DNA from: Promethearchaeota archaeon
GTDB lineage: Archaea; Asgardarchaeota; Lokiarchaeia; Sigyniarchaeales; SOKP01
NCBI GenBank assembly: GCA_016839585.1
Contig: JAEOTZ010000056.1
Location: 1-64,000 of the forward strand
Reading direction: 5' to 3'
Length of the DNA stretch: 64,000 bases
Made by a program: the position numbers and the translations under genes. Positions 1-9,817 of this stretch are shown here, piece after piece. Each line of letters opens with the position of its first letter. Position 1 is the stretch's first letter. The notes under the pieces were generated by a model that saw nothing but the letters and a program-made list of their open reading frames with translations, was not told the origin of the DNA and searched no databases.

Positions 1-531
1 GTTTTTACACAAGTGAGAGCAACTATTCCTTATAGTCGAATTCAAAATATTAACATAGTAAATGGCGTTTTTGACAGAATGTTTAAAACATTTACAGTTA
101 AAATTGAAACTGCTGGATCAACTGCTGCTGCTGCTAGTGCTCAAAAGGGCATCTCGCGGCCAGAGGGATATATCCCAGGTCTCAAAGATCCATATGTCAT
201 CGAAAATAAAATAAAAGAAATGATGACAAAATATTCTGCTGTACCCTCTGGATTAGAAGATAAAATATTCAAACCAGAAGAGCTCGCATTTGATAACTTC
301 ATTAGCTATATTCTCTCAAAAATGAGAGAAGGGGAAAAACTAAAGACATCAATAAAAGAATTGAGAGAGAAGAATAATATGTCAACTGCTCAATTGGCTG
401 AAAAAGTAGGAGTTCCCATTCAAACCATAAATTATTTGGAAGAAGGTAGATATAATCCTAGCTTAACATTAGCATATAAAATTGCTGAAGTATTGAATTG
501 TAGAATCGAAGATCTTTTTAAAATGGTTTAA
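1..531 (+). CDS. bPH_2/DUF304-like domain fused to C-terminal XRE HTH (5'-truncated by window edge)
   Basis: Frame is open from base 1 (VFTQVRATIPYSRIQ). IPYSRIQNINI..G.FDR.F....VKIETAG is typical of bacterial PH (bPH_2) domains; C-terminal IKELRE..LAEKVGV..QTINYLEEGRYNPSL is an XRE HTH. Confidence 0.75.
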   Translation, partial: VFTQVRATIPYSRIQNINIVNGVFDRMFKTFTVKIETAGSTAAAASAQKGISRPEGYIPGLKDPYVIENKIKEMMTKYSAVPSGLEDKIFKPEELAFDNFISYILSKMREGEKLKTSIKELREKNNMSTAQLAEKVGVPIQTINYLEEGRYNPSLTLAYKIAEVLNCRIEDLFKMV

Positions 532-614
532 TTTTAAGTTTTTATTTTCTTATTTTATTTTTAATTTAAATATAATATTAAATAGGTTAGTAAACACTGA
601 AATTTAGGAAGAAA

Positions 615-1007
615 TTGATCACAAGGATAAAAGAACTGAGAGATGAGAGAAATCTTAAACAGCAAGAATTAGCTGGCTTAGTAGGTGTTTCTCGTCAAAC
701 TATTTATTTTTTAGAAAAAGGATCATATAATCCTTCCTTAACATTATCTCTAAAAATTGCAGAAATTTTTAATAAAACGATAGAAGAAATTTTCTATTTT
801 GAACCTATAATTAAAGATGTATTAGGATGTAAAACATTAGATGAATTAGATGAATTATCTGAAAAATCGGGAGTTAATACAGAGAGATTAATAAAGTTAA
901 AGGATTTAAATGACGAGCAATTGTCAAATAATTTCAACGAAAAAGAATTGTTCAAGATTGCTCAAGCTATTGGAGAAAGTTTTGATTCTATCTTTATAAG
1001 AGAATAA
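615..1007 (+). CDS. XRE-family HTH transcriptional regulator (second degenerate HTH at C-terminus)
   Basis: IKELRDERNLKQQELAGLVGVSRQTIYFLEKGSYNPSL; TTG start after AGGA. Confidence 0.85.
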   Translation: MITRIKELRDERNLKQQELAGLVGVSRQTIYFLEKGSYNPSLTLSLKIAEIFNKTIEEIFYFEPIIKDVLGCKTLDELDELSEKSGVNTERLIKLKDLNDEQLSNNFNEKELFKIAQAIGESFDSIFIRE

Positions 1008-1012
1008 ATTTC

Positions 1013-2092
1013 TCAATAAGTCTTAACACCATTGCTAGTTTTTATAATAAATGCCTCGCCTCCAGCATACTCGATAGCTTCTATCAATAAATTTTCATTT
1101 TTGGGAAAAAGAGAAAACATTGTTCCTCCAAAACCGGAACCATTAATTTTTGCTCCTAAAGCACCTTTTTCTAAGCAATTAGAGATCATTTCATCGATTT
1201 TTTTTGTAGATATCTTAATATTATTTTTAAGTTCTTCTTGATGTAAATTCAATAAAGTTCCTAATTCTTGGTAAAAATTTTTTGTTTGTTTTTTATTAAA
1301 AATTAAATTTTTAGCTTTTATTGTAAGATCTCGGTTTTTTAAATTTCCAATGATCTTTTCTTGATATTCTTTTTTAAGATTAGGTAAAAATTGGTCTAAT
1401 TCTTCTATAGACGTAGTGTATTGGTTAAAATTTGGCATAATCTCTTTTAAGGCTTCAAATGATTTAATAGCTAATTTTTTCACTTTAAATAAATCTTCTA
1501 CAGTATCTTTTTCTTCCAAGGAGTTTCCTAATACAAAACCTTCAAGCTGACATCTCTTATTTATAAATTTAGGGACAGGGGTTTCAGGTTTTAAATAAAC
1601 CAAATTCCCGTATATAGAAGTAAAATGATCCATCATACCGCCTGCTTCATTAAACTCTTTTACTTCTGTATTATAACCTTCCATTGCTAATTGAAATGGA
1701 TCTAGTTTAAATTTATCTTCACATATTAAATTCAAAAAATATAGCCATGCCATTATAAGAGCAGAAGAACTTGCAACCCCGGCATTAATTGGGATATCTC
1801 CTGTTATTTCTATCTTAAAACCTCTTTTAAATTTGATTCCCTTCCTTAAAAGTTGATTATAAGCACTTCTTAAATAATCTCTCTTTGAATAATATTCTAA
1901 TTCCTTATCATTCAATTCAATTTCTATTTTATCATTTATATCTGGGAGTTCTATAAGAAGTTTCTTAGATGAAATCCTTTCTGCTTTTAAGTAAATATAT
2001 TTTGTAATTGCCATCGAAATTACAGGGTAAAATAAGTAATCTTGATGTTCCCCAAATAAGCAAATTCTGCCAGGAGATTTGATTTGAATCAT
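1013..2092 (-). CDS. GHMP kinase, galactokinase-like
   Basis: SPGRICLFGEHQDY, IPINAGVASSSA and GAKINGSGFGG motifs. Confidence 0.85.
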   Translation of the reverse strand: MIQIKSPGRICLFGEHQDYLFYPVISMAITKYIYLKAERISSKKLLIELPDINDKIEIELNDKELEYYSKRDYLRSAYNQLLRKGIKFKRGFKIEITGDIPINAGVASSSALIMAWLYFLNLICEDKFKLDPFQLAMEGYNTEVKEFNEAGGMMDHFTSIYGNLVYLKPETPVPKFINKRCQLEGFVLGNSLEEKDTVEDLFKVKKLAIKSFEALKEIMPNFNQYTTSIEELDQFLPNLKKEYQEKIIGNLKNRDLTIKAKNLIFNKKQTKNFYQELGTLLNLHQEELKNNIKISTKKIDEMISNCLEKGALGAKINGSGFGGTMFSLFPKNENLLIEAIEYAGGEAFIIKTSNGVKTY

Positions 2093-2245
2093 TATATAAT
2101 AATATTACTTCATAACAAAATTATGTTACTCTGGTATTACAGAAGTATTATAACTCTTTTTTTTTCACTATTAGATAGATTTTAATGATTCGATGAGAAT
2201 ATTCTCCAAACTTTTTAAATTTTTACAATTAACTGCTTTCAGATT

Positions 2246-3010
2246 ATGATTTGCGATATTGTGATTATTCGGGATGGCTTACCGTTATTATCCAAGAGCT
2301 TTAATGATACTTCTAGTTCACAAACTCTTTTTACTCAAGGAGATAACCTCATTATGGCATCAGGCTTTTTTTCAGCATTAAATTCATTTTCAGATTCCTT
2401 TGAGGATTTAGGAAATATCAGTGAAATAAAATTAGCAAATAATAACCTAAAAGTATCTTTTCTGAGAGATTCAAGCATTCCAAATTTAATATTTTTAGCG
2501 ACATATGATGAAAATTCCAAGGAATTAACAGTTCAAAATGTTTTAAAAAAAATTTCTAAAACATTTTTACAAAAATATAATCATAATCAAATATTAGAGT
2601 GGAGTGGGAGAAAAGATACTTTTAAATCATTTGAGCAGGAAGTTACACGATACATAAATGAAGAGCAAGATAAAATTAAACCAAAGTCTAATCATAACGT
2701 TAATGATGTTCTTAATAGTTTAGGAATTAAGATCGAAGATACTGCAAATTCAATAATTGCTAGGGTTGATGAAATAGAAGAAAAGAATCTTTCGTTACCA
2801 GAATATTATAAACATATACCACGTTTCACAATATCCAAAAAAATTAACCCTAAATTTTACTTAACTGGTGAAACTTCTCATAAAGTTTTCTATCAGATTG
2901 ATGGGAAAAAATCAATTGAATTGATAGCAAAAGAGTTGAGTATCGAACCAGAAAAAGTCTATAATATTTCTAAAAATTTAATAAAATTAGGTTTTATATC
3001 AATATTTTAA
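2246..3010 (+). CDS. Asgard longin-like domain protein with C-terminal winged helix
   Basis: N-terminal IVIIRDGLPL..LIMASGFFSALNSF..ISEIKL..F.QKY..WSG pattern; C-terminal IDGKKSIELIAKELSI..VYNI.KNL.KLGFI wHTH. Confidence 0.6.
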   Translation: MICDIVIIRDGLPLLSKSFNDTSSSQTLFTQGDNLIMASGFFSALNSFSDSFEDLGNISEIKLANNNLKVSFLRDSSIPNLIFLATYDENSKELTVQNVLKKISKTFLQKYNHNQILEWSGRKDTFKSFEQEVTRYINEEQDKIKPKSNHNVNDVLNSLGIKIEDTANSIIARVDEIEEKNLSLPEYYKHIPRFTISKKINPKFYLTGETSHKVFYQIDGKKSIELIAKELSIEPEKVYNISKNLIKLGFISIF

Positions 3011-3039
3011 AGAGATTAATCCATTAATTTGTATTTTAA

Positions 3040-3348
3040 TTATTGCTTATGTTTTCTTCTCTCTTGTTGCTTTTTTCTTCTCTTTTCTGCTTCTTGTATA
3101 TCCTCTTCCAATTGTTCTAATCTTGCTGAATCTTTACCAGTAAATTTAAATTCACCATAAATCTTACTTTCTTCTTTTTGACCAGATTTAGAAATTTTTT
3201 CAAAAGATATTGTAATAGGTTTATCTTGTTTAAGAGCTAAATTAATAAAATTAATAAAACCAATATGTTTACTGGGTGCTATGTTAAATTTCAAGCAAAT
3301 TTCTTTATTTTTCTTAGTTCTTGTTTTTAGGGTTAAACGTAATTTCAA
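3040..3348 (-). CDS. hypothetical basic protein
   Basis: 102-aa ORF filling the intergenic space; charged C-terminal helix. Confidence 0.65.
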   Translation of the reverse strand: MKLRLTLKTRTKKNKEICLKFNIAPSKHIGFINFINLALKQDKPITISFEKISKSGQKEESKIYGEFKFTGKDSARLEQLEEDIQEAEKRRKKQQERRKHKQ

Positions 3349-3541
3349 GAATTCCCACTTTTTATTAAAAATTTAAATTAATTATATATTTTAAAAGTAC
3401 CAAAATAAAAAAATTATATTATAATCATAATTTCGAATATAATAATATTTTAAATCAAAAAATCAATATTAAGATATTTAAATGCGAATTTCAAATATTT
3501 AGTATATTAAAAACTTCAAAAAAACAAGAAAATTTGATAAA

Positions 3542-4165
3542 ATGCCTTCGAAATTTAGGATACGATATATTTTTCACCCTTTAGTTGAGATTCTCGCTAA
3601 ATGCTTCATTAAAATTGGTATCACACCAAATTTAGCAACAATTTTTATGTTCTTTTTTGCTATACTTAGTGCAATTTCTCTTATATTATTCTCTAGTCTT
3701 TTGTTTTTTGCAATTTTTATATTTATTACCGGGATTATGGATGGAATTGACGGTACTATTGCTAGATTAACAGGAAAAAGCTCATCATTTGGTGGTTTTT
3801 TCGATTCTATTATGGACAGATTTTCAGAATTTATAATTTTTTTGGGGCTTATGGTTTTTTGTTGGGATAAGACGCTTTGGAATCTTTTTGATATGAAATT
3901 AATAGTAACTATAGCTTTTTTAGGTTCAATTATGATTAGTTATATTAGAGCAAGAGCTTACGTATTTTTTAAGGGAGATTTTGATATTGGGTTAATGGCC
4001 AGATCAGAAAGACTATTTTATATTTTTATAACAATGCTAATCGCTTTTTTTTTTGGATTTATGAACGAGCTTCTTTTTGTTTTTATGTGGCTTGTAATTG
4101 GAACAGCAATATTTAGATTTGTAAAAATTAATAAACAAATAAAAAAAGAAGTAAATGAACAATAA
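3542..4165 (+). CDS. CDP-alcohol phosphatidyltransferase (archaetidylinositol phosphate synthase-like)
   Basis: TPN..T and DGIDGTIAR....SSFGGFFDSIMDR signature; SYIRARA and G.MARSER as in AIP/PIP synthases. Confidence 0.85.
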   Translation: MPSKFRIRYIFHPLVEILAKCFIKIGITPNLATIFMFFFAILSAISLILFSSLLFFAIFIFITGIMDGIDGTIARLTGKSSSFGGFFDSIMDRFSEFIIFLGLMVFCWDKTLWNLFDMKLIVTIAFLGSIMISYIRARAYVFFKGDFDIGLMARSERLFYIFITMLIAFFFGFMNELLFVFMWLVIGTAIFRFVKINKQIKKEVNEQ

Positions 4166-4174
4166 GTAATTATA

Positions 4175-4885
4175 TTATTCTTTTATTAATTCAATTCTTA
4201 CTCTATCACCATCATGTAAATTCAATATATCTCTTAAATAAGGTTCTGCCAAGATCTCAACAATATTTTTCTTATGGTGTGTTCTTTTAATTTTTAATAC
4301 TGCTGCATTTACCTTTTTTTCTTGATTATCTAAACGAGAGACAAAACAATAATGACAATCAACTGAACCGAAAGTTCGTCCCTCCTCGACATCTTTAAAT
4401 CCATCGATTTTAACAGGGATTCGATTTTTTAAATTTTCCATTAATAATTCATAGTTAAGATCGCTTAATTGGAGATTTAATGTTCCAAAAAAAGGAATAA
4501 ATCTTAGCTTTTCCTGAAACTGCTTAAGATAGTTTTTAATTTTGACATAATAATGACCCTCTCCTATCCCAGTAGTAACCTCCCCTACAATTAAAATACT
4601 TTCTAGAATTTGTTTCAAACTTTTATACATTGCAAGTATTGCATCAGCACCTTTTTTAGTTATTCTTATTATTTGCTCTTTTGCTTCAATCTTCCTCTCA
4701 ATCCATCCAATTTCTTCTAAGGTATTAATCCTTCTTGATGCTGTTTGTTGAGATAAGTTTAAAACCTTTCCAAACTCAACACTACTAATATGAATTGCTT
4801 TCTGGCTCCCAATGTTTTGAGATAGGTGATAAAGAGCAAACCAATTTGCATAGTTATCTGGTGTAATTTCCTTTTCTTTTGACAT
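4175..4885 (-). CDS. ribK: CTP-dependent riboflavin kinase with N-terminal wHTH (RbkR-type)
   Basis: SQQTASR HTH; G.V.TGIGEG.YY, PFFGTLN, RTHH..NIVEILA..YLR..L.L.DGD.V. Confidence 0.9.
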   Translation of the reverse strand: MSKEKEITPDNYANWFALYHLSQNIGSQKAIHISSVEFGKVLNLSQQTASRRINTLEEIGWIERKIEAKEQIIRITKKGADAILAMYKSLKQILESILIVGEVTTGIGEGHYYVKIKNYLKQFQEKLRFIPFFGTLNLQLSDLNYELLMENLKNRIPVKIDGFKDVEEGRTFGSVDCHYCFVSRLDNQEKKVNAAVLKIKRTHHKKNIVEILAEPYLRDILNLHDGDRVRIELIKE

Positions 4886-4894
4886 AATATCTTT

Positions 4895-5341
4895 TTACGA
4901 TTGGTTCTTCTTATATTTTTCAATTATTTTCTTTTTAATAAGACTAGAGCTATGTAATTTGAATTTATCATAATAATTTTCTAATCTTCTTACCTCTATA
5001 TGCTTCAATCCTTTCATATTAAGAGCATTTTGAAGTTTTTGAGCGCTAAATTTTTGATCAGGTCCTAAAAGTATAATATCTGGATTTATCTCTTCAACTG
5101 TTCTAAGCGTATCATTATCATGCCTTCCTAATTTTACATCTTTAACATTTTTTATACTTTTCATCACTTCATATCTTTGTTGTTCAGGCACAATTGGAGC
5201 TTCTCCAGAATACATTTCCCTATTTTTGTCAGTAGCTATTACAATATATACATCACCTAATTTTGCCGCTTCATTTATCAGAAAAATATGTCCCGGATGC
5301 AAAATATCGAACGTTCCAGCCACTAAGATTTTTTTTTCCAT
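4895..5341 (-). CDS. ribL: archaeal FAD synthase (cytidylyltransferase family)
   Basis: GTFDILHPGH, PDII.LGPDQ, SSS.IK; adjacent to ribK. Confidence 0.85.
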   Translation of the reverse strand: MEKKILVAGTFDILHPGHIFLINEAAKLGDVYIVIATDKNREMYSGEAPIVPEQQRYEVMKSIKNVKDVKLGRHDNDTLRTVEEINPDIILLGPDQKFSAQKLQNALNMKGLKHIEVRRLENYYDKFKLHSSSLIKKKIIEKYKKNQS

Positions 5342-5375
5342 CTAATTTCAATTAATTATTTATTTTATTAATCTA

Positions 5376-6935
5376 TTATTCTTTAACTTTAAATGAAAGA
5401 CCAATAAAAACCGGTCCTCTTACATCAATCTTTTTTTGTTTTGAATGAATGAACTCTAGAATAATTTCATCAATTTCAATATTGATTTCTGAAGCTCTAT
5501 AACACATCTTTACTCTATGTTCATAATTATATTTGTTTTGATCAAACAGGATTTCTATATTATAAGCCATTTCTGAAGCAATTCCTTCTAGATAAGTCAT
5601 TCCAGTATCAATACCTTCAGCGGGACTCTCTTCTTGAGATAACCCTAAAATGTTCCCCTCTTTTACCCAGATTTTATTTAAACATGCTGGACCAAGAAGT
5701 TTAACACCTTTATCTTTTTCCCAAATAATTACTTCAATAGTTCGATCCCTAATAATACCCTCCCATGCTTTAATTTCAACCGGCGCAGAATCATCTTTAT
5801 GATTAATTGCGGCCTTGATTATAGCATTTTTAATTTCAATTCCTTTTTCGGTAAATGGAATCTTTTTATATTTGATTCCTTTACTAATTTGATCATCGGA
5901 AAAGGAAATATCTTCAAAAAAATAGGGATAAACTATTTTTCTAATATCTTCAATTTCAGTTTTTATCATGCAAATTCTTTCTACTCCAAAACCAATATTA
6001 AAAACAGGATATTCAATCATATATTGAGAAAGGCTAACAGGGCTATAAAAACCTCCGTCTCCAATTTCTATCCATTCTTTTGTTTTTGGATGTTCAACAA
6101 AAATTTCAAATTCTGTTTGTGGAGCATAATATTTTGAAGTAGCTTTTTTAATTTCAGTCCTACTATTTTTAAAGCCAATTTCTTCACAAATTTCTGAAGC
6201 AATCCTTTGACAATCTTCTAGAGAAATCTCTTCAGCCATAATTACAATTGATAGAGTATTAGAACAATACAAATGAGTTGCATCAATTTTCTGTTCTCTT
6301 CTAAATTTTGGAGCTATTGTAAAATATTGTAAGGGTAATCTTTTTTTTCTAATTAAATTACCCAATACTTTAAACCATAATGCTGTTGTATGACTTCTTA
6401 AAGTTGTTTTTGTAGGTTTAGGTTTTAACTGTTTTAATTCAGGAAATATTTTATCAATTATTTCAGAAGCTTCATTTTCTTTAAAATTTAATTTATTGAT
6501 AAAAATTTCAATGAAATCATCAGCTTCTATCTTACCTTTTTTGTAATCTCTAAATATTTGTTTTAAAGAATCAATATCATTAAAATTAGGTACTACATCT
6601 CGAATTTTCTTGATTTTTTCTTTAGAAATACCTATATCAGGACGTGGAAGCCCAGCTAAATAAAATAACCTATCAAGAATTAAAGCTGCTTCTGGACCAT
6701 ACTGTTTATAGATTTCCTCTTCTTCAACAAACATAGGAAGGATTAATTCTTCAAATCCTAGAGATATCATCTTTACTCTAGCATCAGAGATAAAATCATT
6801 TACAATATGAGATTTCCCCTTCTTTTCTAAATTGAAATACTTTCCTTTCAGTTTTAAGAGGTTTTTTGAATCTAGCCATACTTTTTCATAATTAACCATA
6901 CTTTCTCGTTTGATCTTTTCAAAATTAAAAGGCAT
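5376..6935 (-). CDS. sepS: O-phosphoseryl-tRNA(Cys) synthetase
   Basis: KQYGPEAALILDRLFYLAGLPRPDIG, TLRSHTT, FRREQ..DATHL, SKYYAP.TEFE, G.GVER, LLGPA..N, IDVRGPVF. Confidence 0.93.
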   Translation of the reverse strand: MPFNFEKIKRESMVNYEKVWLDSKNLLKLKGKYFNLEKKGKSHIVNDFISDARVKMISLGFEELILPMFVEEEEIYKQYGPEAALILDRLFYLAGLPRPDIGISKEKIKKIRDVVPNFNDIDSLKQIFRDYKKGKIEADDFIEIFINKLNFKENEASEIIDKIFPELKQLKPKPTKTTLRSHTTALWFKVLGNLIRKKRLPLQYFTIAPKFRREQKIDATHLYCSNTLSIVIMAEEISLEDCQRIASEICEEIGFKNSRTEIKKATSKYYAPQTEFEIFVEHPKTKEWIEIGDGGFYSPVSLSQYMIEYPVFNIGFGVERICMIKTEIEDIRKIVYPYFFEDISFSDDQISKGIKYKKIPFTEKGIEIKNAIIKAAINHKDDSAPVEIKAWEGIIRDRTIEVIIWEKDKGVKLLGPACLNKIWVKEGNILGLSQEESPAEGIDTGMTYLEGIASEMAYNIEILFDQNKYNYEHRVKMCYRASEINIEIDEIILEFIHSKQKKIDVRGPVFIGLSFKVKE

Positions 6936-6967
6936 TTTTAATCTTCATTAAATTAATTATGAAAGGA

Positions 6968-7588
6968 TTAATCCTCCTTTACATTATCTTCGATACATCT
7001 TTTAAGATCATTCATCTGAAGAGATATTGATATATCTCCTCTAGTTTTTTCAATAATCAATCTTGCTCGATCAGTTTTTTGCCTTAGATCTTGTATTAAT
7101 CCTGAAGGGTAATCGAGTGAAAACAAATTAGAATAAATATCATCCATACTTTCTAATATTTCATTGAGATCTTTCACTTGGGAATCTCTTATGTTATCTA
7201 GTGCATATCTCCGTAGTTCTCCTATAACATCAGCTAACCCTAAAGCAAAATTTAATGGATCGATTTTCATTTCGTGAGGAATAGGGAGATTTTTTTTTAA
7301 GATAATTGAATAAAATGAAACTGCTTCTGCGTATTCTTGTTCAGGTGTTTTCAAGTATTTATAAAAAATACCAGGATTTTTATTAACCAGTGATACCAGT
7401 TTCTCATGATTATTTTTTACTGATTGCATTTTTATTTCATATTGATCAAATTCTTTCCTATGGATAGATTTTATCGCAATACTACAGTCTCGAATTATTA
7501 TTCGAGATATTTTTAAAATCTCTTCTCTATCGAGATCTAATTTGTCTAATGATTCAGTTAATTCTGAAAAAATATTTTTAAGAGTCAT
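6968..7588 (-). CDS. Translin/TRAX (C3PO-like) family protein
   Basis: RE..LK.SR.I.R.C..AI..IHR, QEYAEA and LGLADVIGELRRY with the acidic TRAX-type residues. Confidence 0.85.
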   Translation of the reverse strand: MTLKNIFSELTESLDKLDLDREEILKISRIIIRDCSIAIKSIHRKEFDQYEIKMQSVKNNHEKLVSLVNKNPGIFYKYLKTPEQEYAEAVSFYSIILKKNLPIPHEMKIDPLNFALGLADVIGELRRYALDNIRDSQVKDLNEILESMDDIYSNLFSLDYPSGLIQDLRQKTDRARLIIEKTRGDISISLQMNDLKRCIEDNVKED

Positions 7589-7703
7589 CCTTATAGATAA
7601 TTATTTTAGTAATAATTCATTTGAATTTTAAATGTAATTATATATCAAAAGTAAGTAAAATATTTAGGATTTTTCATTAAAGACTTAGTAGGAGGAAAAA
7701 TAA

Positions 7704-9764
7704 ATGAAAATTTTATTAATTCATTCTGAAGGCGTTGAAGTTATTAAAAATAAGGAAGCTACAAGCAATCCTCAAGATTTTTCTGAAAATTTCATAAAAA
7801 TGGATGGATTAGTTTTAGTAGCTTATGTTTCTGTAGAAGATCAAGATACTTATGATACTGATTTAATTGCTAGCCAAGGAGCAGAGGAAATTGAAGCTGC
7901 AATACTACAAATTACGGGATTTCCAGAAAAGCTTCGACAAAAAAATGAAGAGATAAGAGGATACAATAAAAAGATTGAGAAAGGCGAGATTAAAGGAAAA
8001 CCAAGAAAATTATTAGAACTTATTAAAGATCATGATATGTATCGTGTTGATAAAGTCTTAGTTTATCCATGGGCACATTTAAGCAAATTTCTTAGCAATG
8101 ACCAAAATGCTATGGAAGTTTGTCCTAAAATAGCTAAATTTTTAGAAGAAAGAGGTATTGAAGCAAAATTTTCTCCATTTGGATGGTACAAATCATTCAA
8201 AGTTAACTGTTTGGGTCATGAAATGGCAGAAATGTATAGAGATGTGAAATTGGCTATTAAACCTGAAGAACACGTTAAAAATTCAGTATTTAAAATTATC
8301 ACCACTTCAGGTAATGAAATAGAGTTAGAATTTGATGAAAATAATGAAGTGATACTACCTACAGAAATAAAAGATCAAGATTTTTATTCATTCCTAAAAT
8401 CAGAATTAGGTTCTAGGAAAATGGATAAATCATATGAACCAGCTCATATAAAAGTGATGAAAGATTTTGAATTGGTAGATTTTGATCCTAATACAGATGC
8501 AGGAAATTTCAGATGGTATACTAGAGGAGTTATTATGAAGAATTTAATCAAAAATTTCATAGAAGATAGATTAATAGATTATGGGGCAATACTTATTGAA
8601 ACTCCAATTATGTACACTGTGAAGAATAAAAAATTAACAGCTCAAACAGCTCGATTTCCGGCGAGAAGTTATTGGCTTGAATCTGGAAAAGATAGATACC
8701 TTTTAAGATATGCGAGTGATTTCCTTCTATTTGATTTATTCTCTCAAATGAATTTGAAACCTCATTATTTTCCATTACGAGCATATGAATTTGAACAATA
8801 TGATTTTCGAAGAGAACAAGAGGGTGAACTTTCTGGATTAAGACGATTACGTGGTTTTATCATGCCGGATCTTCATACATTGTGCAAAGATTTGGAATCT
8901 TCAATTGAAGAGTTTAGAAAGCAGTATGATTTAATTAAGAATCTGGAAAACGAATTAGGCATAAAAAGTTATGTTATATTTAGAGTGACACAAGATTTTT
9001 ATGAGGAAAATAAAGAGTGGATCATTAATTTAATTAAATCTGAAAATCACCCAACTTTATTAGAATTATGGGAAGATAGATACTATTATTATATATTAAA
9101 ATTTGAGAGAAATGTACTTTCAGCTCAAAATAAAAGTGCTACATTGGCCACAAACCAGATTGATGTAGAGAGTTCATTGGAGTATATGATTGATAATGAA
9201 GGCAAGAAAAGAGAAAAATATAATATTTCATTTACTGATACTGATGGTAGACTTAAACATCCAATCATATTACACAATTCTCCCACAGGTGGATTAGAAA
9301 GAGTTTTATGGGGTTTGATTGAAAGTGCTATTCGAAATAAAGATAAGATAGTACCTGGATTTAAAACATGGTTATCTCCAATTCAAGTACGAATTATTAC
9401 TGTTAGAGAAAATCAAAATATTTATGCTGAAAAAATTCTAGAAATGGTAAATAAGGAATCTTATAGAGCTGATTTTGATGAAAGAAGTGAAACCTTAAAT
9501 AAAAAGATCAGACAAGCAGAAGTTGAATGGATTCCATATATAGTTATAATTGGGAAGAATGAACAAGATAATCAGACAATCTCGGTAAGAAAAAGACTAA
9601 TTGGTCAGCCCTTTGGACCAAAAAAAAGTACGTCTAAACAATTCAATAATATCAAATTAGGAGAATTATATAAAATGCTTGAAGAAGATACAAGAGGTTT
9701 TCCTAAGTATAAACTTCCAATCCCATTTCGAAAATTCTCTAGTAAAGTGTACTTCAGACACTAG
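7704..9764 (+). CDS. thrS: archaeal-type threonyl-tRNA synthetase with N-terminal editing domain
   Basis: MKILLIHS, VYPWAHLS, PFGWYKSF...C.GH, FRREQ.GELSGLRRLRGF.MPDLHT, ILHNSPTG.LER, WLSPIQVR; SD GGAGG upstream. Confidence 0.95.
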   Translation: MKILLIHSEGVEVIKNKEATSNPQDFSENFIKMDGLVLVAYVSVEDQDTYDTDLIASQGAEEIEAAILQITGFPEKLRQKNEEIRGYNKKIEKGEIKGKPRKLLELIKDHDMYRVDKVLVYPWAHLSKFLSNDQNAMEVCPKIAKFLEERGIEAKFSPFGWYKSFKVNCLGHEMAEMYRDVKLAIKPEEHVKNSVFKIITTSGNEIELEFDENNEVILPTEIKDQDFYSFLKSELGSRKMDKSYEPAHIKVMKDFELVDFDPNTDAGNFRWYTRGVIMKNLIKNFIEDRLIDYGAILIETPIMYTVKNKKLTAQTARFPARSYWLESGKDRYLLRYASDFLLFDLFSQMNLKPHYFPLRAYEFEQYDFRREQEGELSGLRRLRGFIMPDLHTLCKDLESSIEEFRKQYDLIKNLENELGIKSYVIFRVTQDFYEENKEWIINLIKSENHPTLLELWEDRYYYYILKFERNVLSAQNKSATLATNQIDVESSLEYMIDNEGKKREKYNISFTDTDGRLKHPIILHNSPTGGLERVLWGLIESAIRNKDKIVPGFKTWLSPIQVRIITVRENQNIYAEKILEMVNKESYRADFDERSETLNKKIRQAEVEWIPYIVIIGKNEQDNQTISVRKRLIGQPFGPKKSTSKQFNNIKLGELYKMLEEDTRGFPKYKLPIPFRKFSSKVYFRH

Positions 9765-9817
9765 CTATCATTAATTTATGTTTTTATTAATAAAATCAAA
9801 TATAATGTTATAAAAAA

